DNA of 64,000 nt from Acetatifactor sp. GTDB taxonomy: Bacteria; Bacillota; Clostridia; Lachnospirales; Lachnospiraceae. The translations under genes and the position numbers were made by a program. Below the pieces are notes generated by a model. The model was not told where the DNA came from and made no database searches. It was given only the letters and a program-made list of their open reading frames with translations. Location: NCBI GenBank assembly GCA_050872885.1, contig JBNMHS010000005.1:2636-66635 (forward strand). Direction: 5' to 3'. Shown here piece by piece: positions 25,770-35,326 of this stretch (the first letter of the stretch is position 1; each line of letters starts with the position of its first letter).

Positions 25770-28205
25770 ATGATTCAAGTCATAAAGGATAGCGGAACAT
25801 GGTTCTTTTTGCATACGGAACATACCACTTATGCGATGCGTGTCATGGAAACAGGACATCTGGAGCATCTCTATTATGGTTCCGGGATTACCGTAGAAGA
25901 TGACAATGCAGAGACTTGCACACCGCTTGTGATACAGCGCTCCTTTGCCCCGGGCAATACCTGTCTCTATGATAATGCACATCCGGAGCTTTCCCTGGAA
26001 GATATCTGTCTGGAAGCCGGAACCTACGGAAAGGGAGACATCAGAGAGCCCTTTGTAGAAATCAGGCATGCTGACGGGAATGTCACTTCAGATTTTACTT
26101 ATCTGTCGCATGAGATTGTTTCTTTGGCGGAAAGGGATCATATATTGGATTCCGGATTACCGCATACTTATGCGGAGAATGTGTCGGGAGAGTGCCTGCA
26201 TATTGTTCTGCAGGATGTTGAAAATCGGGTGGAGCTTCATTTATTTTACACTGTATTTGCAGACTGTGATGTGATCACGCGCAGTACAAGCCTTAAGAAT
26301 CTGTCTGAAGATGCTATTACCGTAGAAAGATGTATGAGTGCGCAATTGGATCTGACGCAGGACTATTCCGTGATCACACATTTCACCGGTGCCTGGGCCA
26401 GAGAAATGCACAGAGAACAGATATATCTGCCTTCCGGTAAATTTGTAAATGCTTCTTATACAGGGACATCTTCCAACAGAGCGAATCCTTTTATTATGTT
26501 GGGACAGAAGAGTACCACAGAGACCGCAGGCGACTGTATCGGCTGCAATCTGATCTACAGTGGGAATCATTATGAAGCACTTGAGAAGAATTCTTATGGG
26601 AAACTTCGTCTGGTCAGCGGAATCAACCCGCAGAGCTTTTCCTGGAGCTTACAGTCCGGAGAGACCTTTTGTTCTCCGGAAGCCGTTCTCAGTTATTCCG
26701 GGGAAGGATATCGGGGATTAAGTCTTAAGTTACATGCTTTTGTCAGAGAGCATATTGTCAGAGGTGTGTGGAAACACAAAGTCCGGCCTGTTCTGTTGAA
26801 CAGCTGGGAGGCCTGCTATTTTAAAATCGATGAAAGGAAACTTCTGCAGCTTGCGAAAGCAGGAAAAGAAGCCGGAGTAGAACTCTTCGTCATGGATGAC
26901 GGATGGTTCCTCGGACGTAATGATGATACCTCGTCTCTGGGAGACTGGGAGGCAGATCCGAAGAAACTCCCCGGTGGAATTGCTTCGTTAAGTAAAAAAA
27001 TCAAAGCTATGGGAATGGACTTCGGCATCTGGGTAGAGCCGGAGATGGTCAACGTAAAAAGCAGATTGTATCAGGCACATCCTGACTGGTGTATGAGCAT
27101 TCCCGGACACGCACATTCCGAAGGACGTAACCAGCGCCTGTTAGATCTCTGCAATCCGGAAGTACAACAATATGTAATCGACAGTATGACCAAAGTATTT
27201 TCCTCCGGCAATATCAGCTATGTGAAGTGGGATATGAATCGTATCTTTACCGATATTTATTCGCCGTATCTTCCTGCCGCGCAGCAGGGAGAAGTTGCTC
27301 ACCGATATGTCTTAGGGCTGTATCATTGTATGGCTGAACTGGTAAAACGCTTCCCTGATATCTTATTTGAAGGGTGCAGTTCCGGCGGGAATCGCTTTGA
27401 TCTGGGTATCTTAAGTTACTTCCCGCAGATATGGGCAAGTGACAATACCGACGCTTACTGCCGCTGTGAGATTCAGAACGGCTACAGCTACGGATATCCT
27501 TTATCCACCTTTACGGCACATGTGTCATCCTGCCCGAACCACCAGACATTACGCGTTACACCCCTTGAGACCCGTTTTCAGGTGGCAGCATTCGGAGTGT
27601 TGGGATATGAATGTAACTTCAAAGACTTACCTAAAAGCGAGCTTCAGGCAATCAAAGAGCAGATCCTGCTGTATAAAAAATGGAGAGAGGTACTACAATT
27701 CGGAACTTTTTATCGCAGCGAGGGAAATGAAGACACTGATACCGGAACAACGGTCTGGACCTGCGTTTCACAGGATGGCAGAAGAGCAGTGGGATTGTAC
27801 TTCCGTCGTCTGGCAGTCCCCAATCAGTCCTATTCTCTGTACCGGCCTGCCGGTCTCTTACCTGAGGAAAAATATCATTTTTACAGCAGAGAAGTCAGAT
27901 ATAATCTGAAGGATTTCGGAGATCTGGTCAACACGGTTTCTCCCGTGCATATCAGACAGGGATCCATGATGCAGGAAGTATTGTCCAGATTCGTGAATAT
28001 GGATGGAGAAAAAGAAGATTTTGTGGCATACGGCCGTACCCTGATGAATGCAGGTGTCTGTCTGAAGCCTGCTTTTGCAGGTACCGGATTCAATTCCGAC
28101 ACACGACTGTTTCCGGATTTTTCATCCAGAATGTACTTTATGGAAGCTCTTGATGATACCCAAACTGCTTCGGAACAAAACGCAATTGTCAGTGCCGACA
28201 CATAA
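25770..28205 (+). CDS. Alpha-galactosidase, GH36
   Basis: 811 aa. Motifs: ELFVMDDGWF, YVKWDMNR (nucleophile region), WASDNTDA, CPNH. Confidence 0.9.
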   Translation: MIQVIKDSGTWFFLHTEHTTYAMRVMETGHLEHLYYGSGITVEDDNAETCTPLVIQRSFAPGNTCLYDNAHPELSLEDICLEAGTYGKGDIREPFVEIRHADGNVTSDFTYLSHEIVSLAERDHILDSGLPHTYAENVSGECLHIVLQDVENRVELHLFYTVFADCDVITRSTSLKNLSEDAITVERCMSAQLDLTQDYSVITHFTGAWAREMHREQIYLPSGKFVNASYTGTSSNRANPFIMLGQKSTTETAGDCIGCNLIYSGNHYEALEKNSYGKLRLVSGINPQSFSWSLQSGETFCSPEAVLSYSGEGYRGLSLKLHAFVREHIVRGVWKHKVRPVLLNSWEACYFKIDERKLLQLAKAGKEAGVELFVMDDGWFLGRNDDTSSLGDWEADPKKLPGGIASLSKKIKAMGMDFGIWVEPEMVNVKSRLYQAHPDWCMSIPGHAHSEGRNQRLLDLCNPEVQQYVIDSMTKVFSSGNISYVKWDMNRIFTDIYSPYLPAAQQGEVAHRYVLGLYHCMAELVKRFPDILFEGCSSGGNRFDLGILSYFPQIWASDNTDAYCRCEIQNGYSYGYPLSTFTAHVSSCPNHQTLRVTPLETRFQVAAFGVLGYECNFKDLPKSELQAIKEQILLYKKWREVLQFGTFYRSEGNEDTDTGTTVWTCVSQDGRRAVGLYFRRLAVPNQSYSLYRPAGLLPEEKYHFYSREVRYNLKDFGDLVNTVSPVHIRQGSMMQEVLSRFVNMDGEKEDFVAYGRTLMNAGVCLKPAFAGTGFNSDTRLFPDFSSRMYFMEALDDTQTASEQNAIVSADT

Positions 28206-28221
28206 TAATTATTTTTACGCA

Positions 28222-28258
28222 AAAAGCCCACAGGGAAAAAAGATCTCTGTGGGCTTTT
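28222..28258. terminator. Bidirectional rho-independent terminator between the GH36 gene and dtd
   Basis: Perfect 12-bp stem AAAAGCCCACAG (28222-28233) / CTGTGGGCTTTT (28247-28258), with T-runs on both strands. Confidence 0.8.
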
Positions 28259-28339
28259 AAAATAACAAAATCAGCCTTTAAAATGCAGCTATAGAAGATA
28301 GAACCAACTATGCGCAAAAGACAAGTTTAACGAATAGTT

Positions 28340-28789
28340 CTAACAGATTTCCTCTGAATCCAATAATATGGTAAACGGACCGTCATTTAACAGAGACACC
28401 TTCATATCTGCGCCGAAGATTCCTTTTTCTACTTTCGGAATACTTTCACGGCATTTGCCGATAATGTATTCGTACAATTCATTCGCAAGTTCCGGATTGC
28501 CGGCTTTGATAAATGAGGGACGATTGCCTTTCCGGCAGTCTGCATACAGAGTAAATTGTGATACCAAAAGCAATTCGCCGTTTACCGCATGCAGATCCAG
28601 ATTTGTTTTTCCCTGGTCGTCTTCAAAAATACGTAAGCCCAAAAGCTTCTTTATCATTTTGTCGGCGATCTCTTTGGTATCTGTCTCTGCGACGCCGATC
28701 AGAACCAGGAACCCCTTGTCAATTTTTCCTGTTGATTCGCCGTCTACTTTAACCTCGGCATGTTGTACCCGCTGTATCACAAATCGCAT
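28340..28789 (-). CDS. dtd: D-aminoacyl-tRNA deacylase
   Basis: 149 aa. MRFVIQRV start, SQFTLYAD and RPSF motifs. Confidence 0.95.
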   Translation of the reverse strand: MRFVIQRVQHAEVKVDGESTGKIDKGFLVLIGVAETDTKEIADKMIKKLLGLRIFEDDQGKTNLDLHAVNGELLLVSQFTLYADCRKGNRPSFIKAGNPELANELYEYIIGKCRESIPKVEKGIFGADMKVSLLNDGPFTILLDSEEIC

Positions 28790-28794
28790 TTTTG

Positions 28795-30132
28795 CTACTC
28801 TCCTACATTTTTATTTTCTTGATCTTTTTTATTCTCTTCGTCAACAGATTGATTTTTGATCTCATGATCCTTCTGAAGTTGGGAATCCAGATTATGGAAG
28901 CCTTCCTCATCAATATTTTTTAAATAAGAATATTGTGCAGTCTCCACCGGCAAATCTTTTTTTCGCAGGAATGTATTGACAACAGCCTTGATTGCCGCAT
29001 AGATCACTGCGAATATCGGGACACCGACGATCATGCCGAGAATGCCGAACAACCCACCGAACACCGTAATGGCAAAAATAACCCAGAATCCGGTAAGTCC
29101 CGTAGAATTCCCCAGAATCTTAGGTCCCAGGAAGTTCCCGTCAAACTGCTGCAATACCAGAATAAACAGAACAAAATAGACACAATTTAACGGATGCGTC
29201 GGATCCACCACAAGGATCAGGATCGCACTTGGGATTGCTCCCAGATAAGGACCGAAAAAGGGAATAATATTGGTCACACCCACGATCACGCTGACCAGTG
29301 CCGCATAAGGCGTCTGCAATAATGTAGTTCCGATAAAGCACAGGCATCCGATAATAAAGGAATCTACGATCTTGCCACCGATGAATCCGATAAAGGTCCG
29401 GTGTGTAAAACGAAAACTATTGATCAGACGATTGGCTGTTTTCTGTTCAAAAAACGCATAGGCCGTTTTCTTGGCCTGTCCGGCAAACTTTTCCTTGCTC
29501 GCCAGCACATAAATAGAAATAATAAATCCGATAATAAAATCCCACAGTCCTCTGAGAATATTGATCACACTCAGAGATACCGTCATAATCAGCTGACTGG
29601 TTTTGGTAAGCACGGTATTATTCAGCCAGTTTTCCAGTTCCACCGAGTATTTGTCAATCAAAAAGGTAATCTGACTGCCAAGTTCCGGATTATCATCCAT
29701 GATCTTATTGATCCATTTGGTAAAGTTATTGATATAAGTATCAAAATTGGAAGCAATATTGATAATACTGGGTACGATCTGTGAAAGCATCATGGCAACC
29801 AGACTGTAGATTAATGCAATGAACAGAAAAGCTGTAATCACGATGCCGATTCCGCGAATGATGGAATTCCTTTTTTTGCTCTCTTTTACTTTCATTTTCC
29901 TGCATAACGGGAATAAGAGTTTTTCCTCAATATAGTTCAGTACAGGCGTCAATAAGTACGCTGTCACCAGACCGAACACCACAGGCATCAGAATCCCCGT
30001 AATGGTATGAATTCCTTCTTTAATACTGCTTCCATGAAATACTAAATAATAGAAACAGATGCTTGCCGCTATTGTTAAAAATGCCGTCAGTCCCCAACGA
30101 AAATACTTGTTATTTTTTAAATCGTATTTCAT
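28795..30132 (-). CDS. AI-2E family transporter (PerM/YhhT-like permease)
   Basis: 445 aa and polytopic. Family motif [24 protein letters not shown]. Lies 5 nt upstream of dtd, so probably in the same operon. Confidence 0.85.
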   Translation of the reverse strand: MKYDLKNNKYFRWGLTAFLTIAASICFYYLVFHGSSIKEGIHTITGILMPVVFGLVTAYLLTPVLNYIEEKLLFPLCRKMKVKESKKRNSIIRGIGIVITAFLFIALIYSLVAMMLSQIVPSIINIASNFDTYINNFTKWINKIMDDNPELGSQITFLIDKYSVELENWLNNTVLTKTSQLIMTVSLSVINILRGLWDFIIGFIISIYVLASKEKFAGQAKKTAYAFFEQKTANRLINSFRFTHRTFIGFIGGKIVDSFIIGCLCFIGTTLLQTPYAALVSVIVGVTNIIPFFGPYLGAIPSAILILVVDPTHPLNCVYFVLFILVLQQFDGNFLGPKILGNSTGLTGFWVIFAITVFGGLFGILGMIVGVPIFAVIYAAIKAVVNTFLRKKDLPVETAQYSYLKNIDEEGFHNLDSQLQKDHEIKNQSVDEENKKDQENKNVGE

Positions 30133-30299
30133 TTACACTCACCTTTCTGCACAAACAACTAACTTTAATATACTATGGTTTTCCTCAGACCACAAGAAAA
30201 ATCTATTCCCGGCATTGTTAAAAAACCTTTATACCTTTATATTGAAAAACAATTTAACCGAGTATAAAATAGAACTATCAAAATAAACAGGAGTTTACC

Positions 30300-31031
30300 A
30301 TGACATTACAAAAGGTACTGAGCCGCGTCAGACAGGCAATCGATGACTACCATATGATCGAGGACGGTGACGTCATCGCAGTTGGCATTTCCGGCGGAAA
30401 AGACAGCCTTACTCTTCTGCTGGCTCTCAATGAATTAAAGCGATTTTATCCGCAGCATTTTACACTCCATGCAGTAACTGTGGATCTCGGTTTCCGGAAT
30501 TTGAATCTGGACGGAATTCGCAAGCTGTGTGCAGATCATGAGATTCCTTACACAGTAGTAGATACCTCAATTGCTCAAATTGTTTTTGAAGACCGCAAGG
30601 AGGACAATCCCTGCTCTCTTTGTGCCAAGATGCGAAAAGGTGCTCTGAACGATGCAATCAAAGCCTTAGGCTGCAACAAAATTGCTTATGCCCATCATGA
30701 GGATGATGTGGTAGAGACCATGATGATGTCCCTCTTCTACGAAGGTCGTCTGCATACCTTCTCGCCGGTTACACATCTGGACAAAACGGATCTGACGGTG
30801 ATCCGGCCGCTGATCTATATGAGAGAATCCGAGATCATCGGCTTTGTGAATAAATATCAGGTTCCTGTAGTAAAAAGTCCCTGTCCGGCAGACGGACATA
30901 CCACGCGGGAATATATCAAAGAATTATTGCAACAAATCAATCGTGAAAATCCCGGCGTCAAAGACCGGATCTTTACAGCAATCCGGCGCGGAAATATGGA
31001 AGGATGGTCAGAACACTTTGGCAGTCATTAA
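30300..31031 (+). CDS. ttcA: TtcA-family PP-loop ATPase (tRNA 2-thiocytidine synthetase-like)
   Basis: 243 aa. PP-loop IAVGISGGKDS, Cys motifs CSLCAKMRKG and SPCPADG. Confidence 0.8.
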   Translation: MTLQKVLSRVRQAIDDYHMIEDGDVIAVGISGGKDSLTLLLALNELKRFYPQHFTLHAVTVDLGFRNLNLDGIRKLCADHEIPYTVVDTSIAQIVFEDRKEDNPCSLCAKMRKGALNDAIKALGCNKIAYAHHEDDVVETMMMSLFYEGRLHTFSPVTHLDKTDLTVIRPLIYMRESEIIGFVNKYQVPVVKSPCPADGHTTREYIKELLQQINRENPGVKDRIFTAIRRGNMEGWSEHFGSH

Positions 31032-32091
31032 AGAAGAAAATTATCACGACGAACAAAATAAAAACAATATTTTAAAACTACGCAAAGTCCTGGATACTCT
31101 TCCCGGCTTCTGCAAGGAATTTTTCCGGGGAATCGAACCTTATACATCTACCAGGACAAGGCTTGCCTATGCCTATGATATTCGGCTTTTTTTTGAATTT
31201 CTCCATGAGAAAAACAGTTATTGCAGCAAAATGGAGATCACGGAATTCCCACTTTCTGTGCTTGACATGGTTCAGCGGACGGATATCGAAGAATATCTGG
31301 ATTTTATGAGCCTGTATCAGAAGGACGGGAAAAATATCACAAATGAAGAGCGTGGAAAAGCAAGAAAACTCGCTGCCCTCAGGAGCTTCTACAATTACTA
31401 TTTTCAGAATGAGCAGATTGAAAAAAATACCGCCGCACTGGTTCCCTTACCGAAGCGTCATGAAAAGGAGATCATCCGGCTGGAGCCCAACGAAGTAGCG
31501 ATCCTGTTGGATCAGGTGGAAGACGGAACCAAACTGACAAAAAAAGAATTGGAATATCATAAAAAAACAAAAGTCCGCGATGTTGCCCTTCTGACACTCC
31601 TGCTGGGCACCGGAATTCGTGTATCAGAATGTGTCGGGTTGGATATCAATGATGTCGACTTTGATAACGGCGGCATTAAGATCCGTAGAAAAGGTGGTTA
31701 TGAAGCAATCGTCTATTTCGGAGAGGAAGTGGAAACCGCACTTTTAGATTATCTGGAACAGCGGGAACACATCATTCCCGCAGAAGGACACGAAAATGCC
31801 CTGTTCCTGTCCCTGCAGAATCGTCGCATGGCAGTCCGCTCCGTAGAAAATCTGGTAAAAAAATACGCTTCACGGGTTACTACCTTAAAGAAAATAACTC
31901 CGCATAAACTTCGCAGTACTTACGGAACCGAGCTCTATAAGGAAACAGGGGATATCTATCTGGTAGCAGATGTTCTGGGACATAAAGATGTCAATACCAC
32001 CCGTAAACACTATGCAGCCCTGGAAGAGCAACGCCGCAGGCAGGCAGCCAATGCTTTTCACCTGCGGGAGCATAACACCGGCAATAAATAA
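30943..32091 (+). CDS. Tyrosine recombinase, XerC/XerD-like (start uncertain)
   Basis: SAM-like N-domain plus a catalytic domain carrying R (GTGIRVSE), HKLRSTYGT, LGHKDVNTTRKHY (catalytic Tyr). The track start is GTG at 30943, with no RBS and an 89-nt overlap with ttcA. TTG at 31018 is an alternative. Confidence 0.8.
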   Translation: MKIPASKTGSLQQSGAEIWKDGQNTLAVIKEENYHDEQNKNNILKLRKVLDTLPGFCKEFFRGIEPYTSTRTRLAYAYDIRLFFEFLHEKNSYCSKMEITEFPLSVLDMVQRTDIEEYLDFMSLYQKDGKNITNEERGKARKLAALRSFYNYYFQNEQIEKNTAALVPLPKRHEKEIIRLEPNEVAILLDQVEDGTKLTKKELEYHKKTKVRDVALLTLLLGTGIRVSECVGLDINDVDFDNGGIKIRRKGGYEAIVYFGEEVETALLDYLEQREHIIPAEGHENALFLSLQNRRMAVRSVENLVKKYASRVTTLKKITPHKLRSTYGTELYKETGDIYLVADVLGHKDVNTTRKHYAALEEQRRRQAANAFHLREHNTGNK

Positions 32092-32266
32092 TATCGGATG
32101 CTGTCTCATCAATGGCGCCTTATCGGCCATCTCTGCATTGAGGCAGCATTACGGCACCTATTGCATCAACACACTCAAATGGGCTTAAGCAGTACCACTT
32201 TTTCCGATAACCGCTTCGATTTTTTCTCTCACAAACGGATATTCACATTCCGGCAGATAACTGTTT

Positions 32267-32662
32267 CTATTTTACAAAATCATAGGAATAATACGGTACG
32301 ATCAACGTCTGACCGGCTCTGACACTACCCTCGTCCATCAAATGATTGATGCTCTGGACCTCTGCGATGTATTCATTCTTATCCTTATATTCTTCATAAT
32401 CAATATAACTGTCGGACAGATCCCATAAGGTCTCTCCGTAAGCAACTGTTACCTGTGTATAATATTTGAATTTCAGCTGATTCTCACCGTTGCTGGCCAT
32501 AGAACGGATTCCATGGAAAGCTACCGCACAAACCACAATCATGCAAATCGTTGCTATCATAGTGCAGATTCTGCGCTGAATCTGCTTTTTTCTCTTCTGC
32601 TGTCTCTTATACGATCTTAATTCTCTGTCTGTCATTCTATATACACTCTTCTGTTCTCTCAT
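32267..32662 (-). CDS. YneA-like SOS-inducible LysM membrane protein (putative division inhibitor)
   Basis: Basic N-terminus, one TM (ICTMIATICMIVVCAVAF), and a C-terminal LysM (VTVAYGETLWDLS...VRAGQTLIVP). Divergent from lexA, with LexA boxes on its promoter. I chose the ATG at 32662 (GAGG RBS) because the track ATG at 32701 lies inside a LexA box, only about 11 nt from the predicted TSS. Confidence 0.6.
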   Translation of the reverse strand: MREQKSVYRMTDRELRSYKRQQKRKKQIQRRICTMIATICMIVVCAVAFHGIRSMASNGENQLKFKYYTQVTVAYGETLWDLSDSYIDYEEYKDKNEYIAEVQSINHLMDEGSVRAGQTLIVPYYSYDFVK

Positions 32663-32681
32663 AACCCTATACCTCGTATCA

Positions 32682-32769
32682 GAAAATTTGTTCGGGAACA
32701 TTTGTTCTTTCTGTTTGTATTATATCGAACATGTATTCTGATGTCAAGGCGAAAATCGAACATATTTTT
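32682..32769. promoter_or_regulatory. Cluster of LexA (SOS) boxes, GAAC-N4-GTTC type
   Basis: Four boxes: GAAAATTTGTTC (32682-32693, 1 mismatch); GAACATTTGTTC (32696-32707, perfect); GAACATGTATTC (32727-32738, 1 mismatch); and a weak GAACATATTTTT (32758-32769). Confidence 0.7.
32719..32747 (-). promoter_or_regulatory. Consensus sigma-A promoter of the yneA-like gene
   Basis: On the minus strand: TTGACA (32747-32742), 17-nt spacer, TATAAT (32724-32719). One LexA box lies in the spacer and two lie just downstream of the predicted TSS. Confidence 0.65.
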
Positions 32770-32780
32770 GGAATATATGT

Positions 32781-32809
32781 TTGCTTTTTAGGATTCCCTA
32801 TGCTATAAT
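32781..32809 (+). promoter_or_regulatory. Candidate lexA promoter (distal)
   Basis: TTGCTT (32781-32786), 17-nt spacer, TGcTATAAT (32801-32809). A second candidate is TTGAAT (32901-32906)-17-TATATA (32924-32929). Which one is used is unknown. Confidence 0.4.
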
Positions 32810-32945
32810 CGTTTTGTAAATGATTTATGAAAGTCAGATTTTCCTTTCTGTTTTCATATATATTGACGTAATATCATAGATAAAAGTTGCACTGCAGACA
32901 TTGAATTCCAAAAACATTAACAATATATAGTATGGAGGACATGAT

Positions 32946-33563
32946 ATGGGTTATGGCAAGATTACTGCCAAGCAGCAGGAGATCCTGGATTATATTAAAG
33001 ATGAGATATTGAAAAAAGGCTATCCGCCTACGGTAAGAGAGATTTGTGAGACCGTGAATCTGAAGTCTACTTCTTCTGTTCATTCTCACTTAGAGACCTT
33101 AGAGAAAAACGGTTATATCCGCAGAGACCCGACGAAGCCCCGTGCAATCGAGATCTGTGATGACAGTTTTCAGATGGTACGTACGGAAATGGTAAGCCTT
33201 CCCGTGATCGGCAACGTAGCTGCCGGTCAGCCGATCCTTGCCGAAGAGAACATTCAGGATTATTTCCCGGTTCCCGCTGACGTAGTTCCGAAGGGCGAAT
33301 CCTTCATCTTAAATGTACGCGGCGAATCCATGATCAATGCCGGTATCTTTAACGGTGACCGCGTTTTTGTACATGCGCAGAATACAGCTCATAACGGAGA
33401 AATCGTAGTAGCTTTGATCGATGATTCCGCTACGGTGAAGACATTCTACAAGGAGAAAGGACATATCCGTCTCCAGCCTGAGAATGACACCATGGATCCC
33501 ATTATCGTAGACGATTGCCAGATCCTCGGTACCGTGTTCGGTGTTTTCCGCTTCTACAGATAA
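32946..33563 (+). CDS. lexA: LexA repressor
   Basis: 205 aa. w[36 protein letters not shown], cleavage site VAAGQP, Ser/Lys dyad GESM ... VKTF. GGAGG RBS. Confidence 0.95.
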   Translation: MGYGKITAKQQEILDYIKDEILKKGYPPTVREICETVNLKSTSSVHSHLETLEKNGYIRRDPTKPRAIEICDDSFQMVRTEMVSLPVIGNVAAGQPILAEENIQDYFPVPADVVPKGESFILNVRGESMINAGIFNGDRVFVHAQNTAHNGEIVVALIDDSATVKTFYKEKGHIRLQPENDTMDPIIVDDCQILGTVFGVFRFYR

Positions 33564-33582
33564 TTACATAAGAATAATCTTT

Positions 33583-33639
33583 AAGCCGCAATCAAAGATA
33601 TTTTCAAAAGTCAGTATCTCATAATTGCGGCTTATTTTG
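33583..33639 (+). terminator. Probable terminator after lexA
   Basis: 10-bp arms AAGCCGCAAT (33583-33592) / ATTGCGGCTT (33624-33633) followed by ATTTTGT. The loop is unusually long. Confidence 0.5.
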
Positions 33640-33663
33640 TGGCATCTGTATCCCTTTATATTA

Positions 33664-34491
33664 TCATAGACGAAATACCTGTTCATCATTATTTATCAAT
33701 GTACTTTCTTCGCCTCCCGGCAGGCTGCACAATACTCCGTCTTTCTCGTACCATACAGTCTTTGCGGAAGGATTATATAACTTCGTCCCGTCTGCCGTGC
33801 TTTCCAGTCTGCGAATGGCTGTCAGATATTCATAAATCTGCTCATTGGTCGCATACCAGATTTCTTCCCTTCCCGACAGTTTATCCGCAAGTTCTTCCAA
33901 CAGTTCCCAGTTCCCGTTTCGCTCAAATTCAAAGCTGTGTCCCCATACATACATCAGTGGAAGTTCTACATACCCCGGTGCATTCAGGAACTTCTCAGCC
34001 ATGCCTAAAGAATCATTGTGATGACAGGTCGGATTCCATTCCATGAAGTCGCCCGGTACAAAAAAGTTATTGCTGTTACGCACAGTTCTGGCATAATGGA
34101 TTCCCTGATATTTTAAAGCTTCCTTATCCTCAGCACTGAAGATACCAAATGCATACGAATACCCCTCGACTCTGCTTCCGGTAAGCTGTTCCAGCTGTAT
34201 TCTGTCTCTGACGATTTCCCCGACCTTCTGACCGGTTCCCAGGATTGACGGACAGCGATGCTGTCTTCCATGGCATGCCACTTCCTGTCCTTCATACAGT
34301 TCCTTCACTCTTGCTGCGCTGACATAATCAGCTCTCTCCAAATATAAATTATCAGAGTTGAGATGGAATGTTCCCTTGAGACCATGCCTGTTAAAAATAT
34401 CAACCACTCTCTCATCGTAAATCTGTCCATCATCGTAGCTGAAGGTAAGTGCCTTCTTTTTCCCTTCCGGATATACAAATTTCATGCCCAT
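33664..34491 (-). CDS. Polysaccharide deacetylase family protein (CE4)
   Basis: 275 aa. NodB motifs LTFSYDDG and CHGRQH. No signal peptide seen. Confidence 0.85.
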   Translation of the reverse strand: MGMKFVYPEGKKKALTFSYDDGQIYDERVVDIFNRHGLKGTFHLNSDNLYLERADYVSAARVKELYEGQEVACHGRQHRCPSILGTGQKVGEIVRDRIQLEQLTGSRVEGYSYAFGIFSAEDKEALKYQGIHYARTVRNSNNFFVPGDFMEWNPTCHHNDSLGMAEKFLNAPGYVELPLMYVWGHSFEFERNGNWELLEELADKLSGREEIWYATNEQIYEYLTAIRRLESTADGTKLYNPSAKTVWYEKDGVLCSLPGGEESTLINNDEQVFRL

Positions 34492-34588
34492 CTTATTTCC
34501 TCCATTCTTTCCATGACATTCTGCTCATCTGCCGGTCCCCGGCTCTGATTCTGCCTCATTATTCGTAAATTGTATCACTTCCGAATGT

Positions 34589-34626
34589 AAAAAAACAGCC
34601 CTGCCGGCATTTTTTCGGCAAGGCTG
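34589..34626 (-). terminator. Rho-independent terminator after cytidylate-kinase-like gene 1
   Basis: On the minus strand: CAGCCTTGCCG / CGGCAGGGCTG stem (34626-34616 / 34606-34596), then T7 (34595-34589). Confidence 0.65.
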
Positions 34627-34641
34627 CTTGACTGTATGTAT

Positions 34642-35280
34642 TTAGTTTTCAGGAAAACGGACTTTCATATAAGAAATGATCTCATCCACGCATCTAACAT
34701 ATCCCAGTTTAGAACTGTCCAGACACAGATCATAGTTTCTTGCATCCGTCCATTCTCTTCCGGTGTGATATTTGTAATATTCCGCACGATGCTTATCTGT
34801 CTTCGCTACAAAACGCTCCAGTTCCTTCGGGCTCATGCTGTGCTTCTTCGCCGCGCCCTCCAGGCAATACTCCTTCGGCGCATGAATAAATACGCTGAGT
34901 ACATTGGGATAATCCTTCAGTACATAATCCGCACAACGTCCGATAATGACGCAGGACTCTTCCTTTGCCAGATCCCGGATGATCTTCGCCTGATAGTTAA
35001 ACAGATTGTCTGTAGAGGTAAAATCATCACTTTCCGGAGGAATCAGCTCTCCGTGATATTCCTTCTTTGCAATATGGAATAACTTGGTGTTTTTCACCTT
35101 TTCATCCGCATTCACGAACAACGCTTCGTTAATGCCGCTGTCCTCACTGGCAAGCTTCATCAGTTCCTTGTCATAATAATGGACGTTCAGCTTCTTCGCC
35201 AGCATCTCTCCGATGGTACGTCCGCCGCTTCCATACTGTCTTGCAATTGTAATGACTACATTACTCATCCCCATCACCAT
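34642..35280 (-). CDS. Cytidylate-kinase-like family protein (paralog 1)
   Basis: VITIARQYGSGGRTIGEMLAKKLNVHYYDKEL N-terminus. Start taken at the ATG cluster 35280/35274/35268, downstream of the livF stop; the track start at 35361 would overlap livF. Confidence 0.8.
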   Translation of the reverse strand: MVMGMSNVVITIARQYGSGGRTIGEMLAKKLNVHYYDKELMKLASEDSGINEALFVNADEKVKNTKLFHIAKKEYHGELIPPESDDFTSTDNLFNYQAKIIRDLAKEESCVIIGRCADYVLKDYPNVLSVFIHAPKEYCLEGAAKKHSMSPKELERFVAKTDKHRAEYYKYHTGREWTDARNYDLCLDSSKLGYVRCVDEIISYMKVRFPEN

Positions 35281-35326
35281 ACCTTTCTGTCTCTGCTGCT
35301 TCCACCCGCAACGACTAATCTTAAGG

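Noticed and set aside
30943-32266. The tyrosine recombinase as the integrase of a mobile element, or as the invertase of a nearby invertible promoter.
   Set aside because: Both flanks are conserved housekeeping genes (ttcA-like and the SOS node). I saw no phage or conjugation genes and no direct repeats. The only inverted repeat (32098-32149) encloses just 21 nt, which is far too small for an invertible segment.
32874-33089. A 71-codon ORF antisense to the lexA start, and a 135-codon ORF at 33639-34046 antisense to the CE4 gene.
   Set aside because: Both overlap well-supported genes. Neither has an RBS or a recognisable domain.
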